Origin: Trueperaceae bacterium
GTDB taxonomy: Bacteria; Deinococcota; Deinococci; Deinococcales; Trueperaceae
Length of the DNA: 26,959 bases
Reading direction: 5' to 3'
Assembly (NCBI GenBank): GCA_029210865.1
Contig: JARGGE010000001.1
Coordinates: 1-26,959 of the forward strand
The notes under the pieces are model-generated. The model worked only from the letters and a program-made list of their open reading frames with translations, did no database searches and was not told the origin of the DNA. Shown piece after piece: positions 17,797 through 25,216 of the stretch. Numbering within the stretch: the first letter of the stretch is position 1; every line of letters starts with the position of its first letter. A program made the translations under genes and the position numbers.

Positions 17797-18066
17797 ATGT
17801 GTCGGAACATCCAGCAGCTCCGCGGCGCCGAGCCGCCCGCCACCGACGCCGAGGTTCGCGACGCGGCGCTCCAGTTCGTGCGCAAGGTCAGCGGCTACCG
17901 CACGCCGTCGGCCGCCAACGCGGCCACATTCGAGACCGCGGTCGACGACGTCGCCACGGCCGTGCGCCGGCTGCTCGACGGCCTCACCCCCGGACCCGGC
18001 TCCAAACCGGTCACGCCGCTGCAGCGACGGCGCGCGGCGGCGCCAGCGTCAACGCAGCGCCGCTGA
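17797..18066 (+). CDS. DUF2277-family small protein
   Basis: MCRNIQQLRGAEPPATDAEVRDAALQFVRKVSG; preceded by TAGACT-N6 with no SD. Confidence 0.88.
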   Translation: MCRNIQQLRGAEPPATDAEVRDAALQFVRKVSGYRTPSAANAATFETAVDDVATAVRRLLDGLTPGPGSKPVTPLQRRRAAAPASTQRR

Positions 18067-18082
18067 AGGACGGTCCGCGCCG

Positions 18083-19552
18083 TTAGCCTCCGCTCGTCGC
18101 CGCCACCACCTCGTCGAGCAGGCCGGCGTACTCCGCCGGCCGCTCGAAGTTGGCGCGGTGGCTCGAGGCCTCGAACACCACCCAGTGCTTCTCGGGCGCC
18201 TGCAGCGCCTCGAACCACTCCTGCGCCGGCTCCACGCGGCCGCGCGCCTCGTGCCGGCCCATCACCACCCAGACGGGCACCTCGAGCGCCGGGACCTGCT
18301 CGCGAAAGTCGAGCTCCTGGAGCTGCGGGTACAGGCGGGCGAAGGAGTCGGCGAGCCCGCGCACCGCGCCGATGCGCTCCATCATGTCGAACTCGGGTCG
18401 AAAGATCGTCGCCGTCATCTCGGTGCGGCCGTCGAACTCCGGGTACGGGTTGAGCGAACGCTCGGCCCCCACGATGACCGGGTACGTGGCGACCGGCTCG
18501 GCGTAGGGCGGCGGGCCCATCGCCTCGAGGCGCTCGACGAGCGCCGTGTCGCCGCGCTCGCGCGCCCAGGCCAGGGTGTCGTCGTAGAAGAGGCGGTCGG
18601 TCTCGCGGACGTCGACCATCATCCCGGTCGCGACGAGCGCGTGGTACGGCTCGGGCCGCTGCTGCGCAGCCAAAGTGGCGGGGATCGTGCCCCACGACTG
18701 CCCCGCCAGGTAGATGCGTTCGTGTCCGAAGCGCTCCGCGAGCAGCTCGCTCAGCTCGATGGTGTCGGCCACCACCTGCTCCAGCGTCAGCGTCTCGGCA
18801 GGGGCGAAGGCCGGGTACGACTTCCCGCTCCCCCGCTGGTCCCAGGTCACGACCACGAAGCGCTCCTCCAGCCCGGTGTCGAGCCGCATGGCGCCGATGT
18901 CGGTGCCACCCGGCCCGCCGGCGAGGTGCAGCAGCACCGGCAGGTCCGTACTGCGCCCGCGGATCATGAGCGCCTGTTCGTGCCCGCCGCTCGTGGCCGT
19001 CGTGAGCTCCGCGATGCTCCCCGGCACGACGTTGCCGTCGGCGCCCAGGATGGGCGCGGTGCTGGCCGGCCGCGCGATCACGACGGCCACGGCCGTGGCG
19101 ACGATGGCGAGGGCGGACGCGGCGACCCAGCCGCCCACACCCATCGGTCGGGCGACCGCCACGCCGAAGCGGGGCGCCACACCAAACCCGACGAGCGTCC
19201 CGAGCAGCATCGGGACCACGGTCAGCAGCCACTGCGGCGCCCGTCCGAGCAGGAAGGCGAGCACGTGGAGCATCCCGGCCGAAGCGGGTGCGTCGACCGT
19301 CGGGCCCCTGGCGCCCATGCGCGCCACCTCGAAGACGGCGACGAACGCCGCGGGCGCGAGGAGGAGCGCCCAGCGGCTACCGGTCGCGACCCCGACGACG
19401 AGGCCGACGGCGAGCGCGACCGCCATCGTGGCGAGCGCGTGGGTGGTGGTGAAGGGTCCCCGCGGCGTGAGCCAGGCGCTCGCCAAGGCGAACGCGAGCA
19501 CCACGGCGGCGGCGACGAGCGGAACGGGACGTGCGAACGGGGTCGTGGCCAT
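18083..19552 (-). CDS. Membrane-anchored alpha/beta hydrolase, proline iminopeptidase-like
   Basis: About 5 N-terminal TM segments; HLAGGPGG, WDQRGSGKS, GQSWG nucleophile, SSHRANFE; GGGAGG RBS. Confidence 0.88.
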   Translation of the reverse strand: MATTPFARPVPLVAAAVVLAFALASAWLTPRGPFTTTHALATMAVALAVGLVVGVATGSRWALLLAPAAFVAVFEVARMGARGPTVDAPASAGMLHVLAFLLGRAPQWLLTVVPMLLGTLVGFGVAPRFGVAVARPMGVGGWVAASALAIVATAVAVVIARPASTAPILGADGNVVPGSIAELTTATSGGHEQALMIRGRSTDLPVLLHLAGGPGGTDIGAMRLDTGLEERFVVVTWDQRGSGKSYPAFAPAETLTLEQVVADTIELSELLAERFGHERIYLAGQSWGTIPATLAAQQRPEPYHALVATGMMVDVRETDRLFYDDTLAWARERGDTALVERLEAMGPPPYAEPVATYPVIVGAERSLNPYPEFDGRTEMTATIFRPEFDMMERIGAVRGLADSFARLYPQLQELDFREQVPALEVPVWVVMGRHEARGRVEPAQEWFEALQAPEKHWVVFEASSHRANFERPAEYAGLLDEVVAATSGG

Positions 19553-19712
19553 CGATCAGCCTCCCAATGCGGGCGTCGAGCGTCTCCCGGATCGGGGCGC
19601 GTCGCGACGTCCGCCGCCCCGCATTGAGCCACACATCGGCCTCCGGCATCCGGGAACGACGTCCCGGATCTGGTGCGAACCACCGGATGGGCGAGGGTCC
19701 ATGATGGCCTCG

Positions 19713-20252
19713 ATGGACTACGCCACCGGGTACGAGACTCAAGAGGTCGCGCTCGTCGACCTGTTCGCCACCACCTTCGCCATGGCCTTCGGCGCGGACG
19801 AGGGTGCGCTGATCGCCGATCTGGTGCGCGACCTGCTGACCACCACGGCCGAAGGCGACCTCGTCCGCGTCGCCGCCAGCGAGGACGGGTCGCTCGTCGG
19901 GGCCGTCCTGTTCTCGCGCCTGACGTACGACCAGGACCCTAGAACCGTGTTCGTGCTGGCCCCCGTGTTCGTGGCCGCGGAGCGCCAGGGCCTGGCGATC
20001 GGTCAGGCGCTCATCACCCACGGCCTGAGCGCGCTGCGCCACGCCGGCGTTGACGTCGTGGTGGTCTACGGCGACCGTGGCTTGTACGCCAAGGTCGGCT
20101 TCGCGCCGATCACCGAGGCGGCCGTTCGGGCGCCCTTCGAGCTGAGCCACCCGGAGGGCTGGTCGGGGACGTCGTTGACCGATTGCGCCTTGACGCCGCT
20201 GATCGGCCCCGCACGGTGCGTGCCTGCTCTGGACCGTCCCGATTATTGGTAA
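19713..20252 (+). CDS. GNAT N-acetyltransferase, YhbS-like
   Basis: LVGAVLFS, VLAPVFVAAERQGLAIGQALI, VVVYGDRGLYAKVGF. Start could also be ATG 19701 or 19704. Confidence 0.85.
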   Translation: MDYATGYETQEVALVDLFATTFAMAFGADEGALIADLVRDLLTTTAEGDLVRVAASEDGSLVGAVLFSRLTYDQDPRTVFVLAPVFVAAERQGLAIGQALITHGLSALRHAGVDVVVVYGDRGLYAKVGFAPITEAAVRAPFELSHPEGWSGTSLTDCALTPLIGPARCVPALDRPDYW

Positions 20253-20296
20253 GGGCTCGCGAGCACCACGGCGTCCTTCGCCGCCAATGCCGACGC

Positions 20297-20337
20297 GCGG
20301 TCGACCCGTCGCACGGTTCGGCGCACGGGTCGACCGC
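20297..20337. terminator. GC hairpin between convergent genes
   Basis: GCGGTCGACCCGT (20297-20309) pairs perfectly with ACGGGTCGACCGC (20325-20337); no U-tract. Confidence 0.55.
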
Positions 20338-20375
20338 AGCGACGTCGTCCTAGGCCGACGGTCCTGCCGTCGGGC

Positions 20376-21067
20376 TCACAGCGCCAACCACTGCCACACG
20401 GCACCGTCCCAGTAGAGAGCGAAGTGCTTCGTCATCCCGTTGGCGCTGGTGAAGTCCCAGACGCCCGTCTCGGGCGCCCCTGGGTTGAGGGGCCAGGTGT
20501 ACCCGGTGGTACCGAAGTCGATCTCGCCGTCGACGTCGTTGGCCTGCACCGCGACGTACTGGCCGAGGGCTGGCGCGGCCGGCAGCACCACGCGCTGCGC
20601 ACCGATCACGAGCAGGTGCGTCTCTTCGGTCGTGGCGGGCACGACGTACTGGCTGGTCACGAGCGTCCGGTTCACGACGCCGGCCGGGCCCTGCGGACCG
20701 ATCTCGCCGCGCGGCCCACGCTCGCCCTGGAGCCCCTCCGGGCCCGGCTCGCCCTGCGGTCCTGGCGCGCCGTCGGCGCCGGCCGGCCCGCGGGTCCCGG
20801 CTCGCCCTGCGGCGCTTGCGGCCCGGGTTCGCCCTGCGGTCCCTGCGGTCCGGGGACCGCGGCGATGCCGGCGACTTCAGCGGCGACGGTGTCGATGCGG
20901 CCGTCGAGCATCGCGAAGTTGTGGTTCATGCGGTCGGCTTCGATGGGGTCGCCGGCGCGGAAGACGATCAGGCCGGGCGCCACCTGGGCGACGCCGACCA
21001 CCAGGGCCGCGGCGCCCAGCGTGGCGACGGCGACGCGGCAGAGGGCGCGCGTGCGGGCGTGGGGCAT
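20376..21067 (-). pseudogene. Secreted collagen-like fibre protein, frameshifted by 1 nt at about 20788 (about 230 aa if repaired)
   Basis: Signal-like N-terminus, FRAGDPIEADRMNHNF, then 19 Gly-X-Y triplets split across two frames, then VVNRTLV...LYWDGAVWQWLAL. Confidence 0.82.
20682..20851 (-). repeat. Coding Gly-X-Y repeat (19 triplets, one Gly-to-Ala, one codon missing a base)
   Basis: GPQ GPQ GEP GPQ APQ GEP GPA G|PA GAD GAP GPQ GEP GPE GLQ GER GPR GEI GPQ GPA. Confidence 0.9.
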
Positions 21068-21095
21068 CGGGTCCTACCTCTCGGAAGCGGGCACG

Positions 21096-21560
21096 TCAGC
21101 GGAAGCTCGCGGCGTCGAAGGTGGCGCCGTCGTCGAACGTCGCGCCGTCCGTCGGGACGGTCGCGCTGGGCGTGGGGGTGGCGCGCGTCGCGCTCCAGGT
21201 GCCGCCGGTGCCGCCGGGGCAGGCGGTGGGCGTGAAGGTGGCCTCGAGCGCGTCGGCGGTGATGGTGCCGGCGAGTTCGAAGCGGCAGTCGTTCGAGACG
21301 AGCAGTTCGCCGGCGAGGACGCCGGCGGTGAGGGTGGCGGTCACGTCGCCGGTGAACGCGGGCGTGCGCTCGATGGTGTAGGTGCCCACCCAGGCGCCGG
21401 TGGGGCTGAGGGTGGCGTCGATGGTGAGCGGGAAGGCGTCGGCGCCGCTGGTGCCGGTTCCGCTCCAGGCTTGGCGTTCGTCGCTCGCTGGGGCCGCGCA
21501 GGCAGCCAGCGCGAGCGCGAGGCCGACGGCGAGCAGGCCGAGAGGATGACGTCGGGGCAT
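21096..21560 (-). CDS. Putative lipoprotein of unknown function
   Basis: GAGGAGG RBS; lipobox LAAC; beta-rich body with a Cys pair; C-terminal DGATFDDGATFDAASFR repeat. Confidence 0.85.
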   Translation of the reverse strand: MPRRHPLGLLAVGLALALAACAAPASDERQAWSGTGTSGADAFPLTIDATLSPTGAWVGTYTIERTPAFTGDVTATLTAGVLAGELLVSNDCRFELAGTITADALEATFTPTACPGGTGGTWSATRATPTPSATVPTDGATFDDGATFDAASFR

Positions 21561-21792
21561 GGTGGGGCCTCCTCGGGGACGCGCGTGGGGCGGGTCGATC
21601 CCCTGGGTACCGCGCAGCCGGGCGACAGCGGTGCGGGGTTCTTCGCGCGACCGCGGGCGTCGTCGGTGCCTACGTGCTGCGTCTCGGTCGGTGCAGTGCC
21701 CGCAAGAAGGCAGGCCCGGCTGCGGGTCGCCGCGCCGGGCTGGCGGTGCGGTGGACGGCGGGCACCGTGCCGGCACCGTCAGAGGCTCAGAG

Positions 21793-24455
21793 CTACCCCA
21801 GGTCCTTGGCTCGGCCCACGGCCTGCGCGCGGCCGTTCACGCCGAGCTTCTCGAACAGGCCCTTCAGGTACCACTTGACGGTGTTCGGCGACAGGCCGAG
21901 GTCGTGGGACGCAGCGCCCAGGGGGACGGTCGCTGGCGCGACGCTCGCGCCCTCGAACGCAACTCCCGCGAAGGCGCCGATCAGGCCCGCGACGTAGGTC
22001 CCGCCGTCGCGCACGCCCTCCAGCAAGGACCGCATGGGGCGACCCAGGTCGACGAAGGTACGGACGTACCCGCGCGGCTCGGCCAAGTCCAGCGCCACCT
22101 GCAGCGTCGCGCGCGCCCGGTCCGGCGCCCGCAGACGGCGCTCGGCCAGGGCGCGCTGAGCGAGGTACGCGACGACGTCGCGGACGCGCCCCTCGGACCG
22201 CGCGCTCTCGATGAGCCGGTCGAGCAGGCGGGCGCCCTCGCGGGCGCGGCCCTGCGCCCACCGCAACCGTGCCAGCACGGCGTAGCCGCCTTCGAAGGCG
22301 TAGGCGATGGGGTCGTCGGGGCCCAGGCCCCGCTCGTCGACCCACCCCGCGACGCCCTCGAGCAGCGGAGCGTAGCGGGCGCGGGCGCCCGCCAAGCGCA
22401 ACCGCATCCGCTGCAGGGCGACCCCGAAGCGCTCGCGATGCAGGCGGTTGCCCTCGTGCACGGCGTCGAGCAGGGCGGCCATCCCCGCGAGCCGCGCCTC
22501 GGCCGCGTCGAGGCGACCGTGCGCCAGGTCGAGCTGGAAGCCGACCTCGTGCGCGAGCGCCAGGACGGGCGGGAACTGGGACCGTTGGGCGAAGCCCGCG
22601 CCCAACTCCAGCTGGCGGGCGGCCTCGTCGAGCTCGTTGCGCTCGTACAGGAGCCGGCTCAGCTCGAGGTGGAGCTCGCCGACGTTCATCGCGCGTCCCC
22701 CCTCGGCCCGCCAGGCCTCGACCACCCGCAACCCCTCGTGCAGGATCTCGAGGGCCTCCGCCGACCGTCCGAGTTCGTGCGCCACCCAGCCGTGGCGGGC
22801 GTAGTCGTTCGCGGCCCCGATGCGGTTGCCCAGGCGCACCGGAAGGGCGCGCGCCTCGGGGTACGCCCGGTCGGTCTTCGCCAGGTCGGTGTGCAGGTAG
22901 GCGTACGGGATCACGTTGGTGGCCGACGTCAGCGACCAGCGCTCCTCGTCGGTGGCGGCATCCTCCGCGGTTCGGTCCAGGACCGCGAGGGACTCGCGGC
23001 ACAGGGCGACGGCGCCCTCGAAGTCCATCCGCCACAGCCGTTCGTACGCCCGGAGCGTCAGGACGCCGGCGTGCACGACGTGCGGGTGCTCCGCGCGCCG
23101 GGCGCTGTGTTCGAAGAGCGGCAGCAGCGCCGAGAGGCTCGCCGCCTGGCCCGTGTTCACCAGCGCCCACCCGTAGTAGATGCCGAGCTTGGGCGACCGC
23201 GCGAGCATGGCGGGCGGGAGCCGCGCGACGTAGCGAGCGAGCTGCGCGTTGGCCGACGAGACCTGGAGGCTGAACGCGACGCCTTCGACCAAGCGGCCGG
23301 CGCGCTCCAGGTCGTGCCCGGCCAGAGCGTGGTCGATCGCCTCGTCGACCCATCCGTGGCCCTCGAGCCATGCGCTCGCGCGCTGGTGCAGCTCGGGGAC
23401 GACGGCGCCCTCGGCGCCGGCCAGGCGGTGCCGCAAGAAGTCGGCGAACAGGTGGTGGTAGCGGAACCAGGTGCCCTCGTCATCGAGCGCGATCACGAAC
23501 AGGTTGGCGTTCAGGAGGTGGCGCACGACCGCCGCACCGTCGCCCTGCCCGCAGACGGCGTCGCAGAGCGGCGCGGTGAAGCGCTCCAGGATCGAGGTCC
23601 GCTCGAGGAAGCGCCGCACGCGCTCGGGTTGGCGCTCGAGCACCTCCTCCATCAGGTAGCCGGTCAGGTGCCGGTGGCTGCCGGCGAAGCGCTCGACGAA
23701 GGCCTCCTTGTCGCGCACCCCGTCGAGCGAGATCCCGGCGAGCTGCGGGCCGGCGACCCACCCCTCCGTCCGCTGCTCGAGCCGGTCGACGGCGCGCGCC
23801 GAGAGCGCCAGGTGCAGCCGGTCGTTGAGGAACGCCCCCGCTTCCGCGCGCGAGAAGCGCAAGTGGTCGGCGCGGATCTCGGCGAGCCCACCGGCGACCC
23901 GCAAGCGTGCCAGCGGCAGGGGCGGGTCGCTGCGGGCCATCAGGACCACGGAGGAGCCGGGCGGCAGGTGGCCGATCAGGAAGGCGAGCGCCGCGTGCAC
24001 GCGCTCGTCGGCGATCACGTGGTAGTCGTCCAGGACGAGGAGACCACGGTCTGGTTCGAGCCGGCCAGGTCGTTGACGACGCGTGCGAGGACGACGTCGG
24101 CCGCCACGGCCTCGTCCGCCTCGAGCAGCTCGGCAGCCCCCGCCCCGACGCCGGGGACGGCGCGCCGGATCGCGGCGACCACGTAGCGGAGGAACCGCAC
24201 CGGCTCGTCGTCGCCGGCGTCGAGCGAGAGCCAGGCCGCGGGGCGGCGCGCGCGCTCGAGCCAGTCCGCCACCAGCGTCGACTTCCCCGACCCCGCCGGC
24301 GCGGAGACCATTACGAGCCGCCGCTCGACCGCGGCGTCGAGAAGGGCGTCGAGCCGCGGCCGCGCCACCACCTGCGGCGGCGGCGCCGGGCGCATCAGCT
24401 TGGTCGCGATCAGGTGGGGCTCCAGGACGCACTCCGGACGTGGGGATCGGTTCAC
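21793..24455 (-). pseudogene. MalT-like LuxR-family (STAND ATPase-TPR-HTH) regulator, frameshifted at about 24061
   Basis: IATKL..RPRL, Walker A SAPAGSGKST, WLSLDAGDD; shift into LLVLDDYH, RSDPPLPL, TEGW, FRYHHLFADFL; C-terminal LSPNTVKWY..KLGV. Start uncertain (GTG 24455). Confidence 0.88.
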
Positions 24456-24588
24456 GGACGCGAACGAAACAGCGTACCGCGGGGGGTCGCGGTCGGACCC
24501 GGCCATCGCGTCCGGGAGGGACACGACCGTCGACCGGGGCCACGGCGTCGCTGGCACGGACCGAATGGCCTGCCCGCACCACCCCGCG

Positions 24589-24635
24589 CACCACCCACTC
24601 GGGTGGTGACGGGGCGTCCGTGCAGCCGCTAGGTT
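24589..24635 (+). promoter_or_regulatory. 20-bp palindrome upstream of a candidate -10 box
   Basis: CACCACCC-ACTC-GGGTGGTG (24589-24608), with TAGGTT at 24630-24635. Confidence 0.55.
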
Positions 24636-24712
24636 CTCCGAAGCGAAGCGACGTGCGGCGACCACCGATCTGCCGCCGGCGGACGCTCGAGCCCACCCAC
24701 GAGGAGCCCCAC

Positions 24713-25125
24713 GTGATCCGATCCCTCCGAACCGCCCTCGCCGCCACCCTTCTTGCCGTCACCGCCGCCGCCGCGGCCCGGGCGAGCGCGCCGGCGACCG
24801 GCGACCGGCGACCGGCGACTGCACCTTCCAGAACGGCGTCACGACGTGCGTCACGGAGGTCTACCCGAGCGGCGACCTGCGCCTCGACCTCGTTCGCGGC
24901 GACACCTTCTGCACGTCCAGGAACACCGGCGCGCGACTCCTCGTCAACGCTGCGACCCTGACCAGCCCGGAAGAACAGTACTTCTACCGAGTGACCACGG
25001 AGTACCGCGGACAATCCAACGTCGTGGCGAGCGAGACCTCGCTGCTCGTGATCGTCACTGCCACGGTCACGTACAACGGTGGCGAGGGGGGTCCGCTCCT
25101 CGAGAGCTTCGCTCCCTGCTGGTAG
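24713..25125 (+). pseudogene. Small secreted 4-Cys protein, out of frame at a heptamer repeat
   Basis: GAGGAG + GTG; VIRSLRTALAATLLAVTAAAAARASAP signal; the downstream frame reads GDCTFQNGVTTCVTEVY...TFCTS...SFAPCW to TAG 25123-25125. Confidence 0.72.
24791..24818 (+). repeat. (CCGGCGA)4 perfect heptanucleotide tandem repeat
   Basis: ccggcga x4 read directly. Confidence 0.97.
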
Positions 25126-25143
25126 GTCGAACCTGACGTGGAC

Positions 25144-25175
25144 TGCGTGCCGCGGCCTTCGGGTCGCGGCGCGCA
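25144..25175 (+). terminator. 14-bp stem with a C(UUCG)G tetraloop
   Basis: TGCGTGCCGCGGCC-TTCG-GGTCGCGGCGCGCA, two G-U pairs; 19 nt after TAG 25125. Confidence 0.65.
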
Positions 25176-25216
25176 ACCGTTCGTCGTCGCCAAGCTAGGC
25201 GCGACCCCCCACCCCC

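Noticed and set aside
20376-21560. Prophage interpretation of the collagen-like gene
   Set aside because: No integrase, terminase, capsid or tail genes in the window, and the protein has a signal-like N-terminus and a lipoprotein neighbour.
20787-24062. Frameshifts in the collagen-like and MalT-like genes as phase-variation switches
   Set aside because: Both lie in runs of only 2-3 G, too short for a slippage tract; mutation or sequencing error is more likely.
17423-24186. Very long ORFs such as 17423..19627 (+), 21559..24186 (+), 9213..10526 (+) and the long N-terminal extensions in the ORF track
   Set aside because: Antisense or alternate-frame shadows of real genes, expected at this GC content; Arg/Pro/Gly-rich with no motifs.
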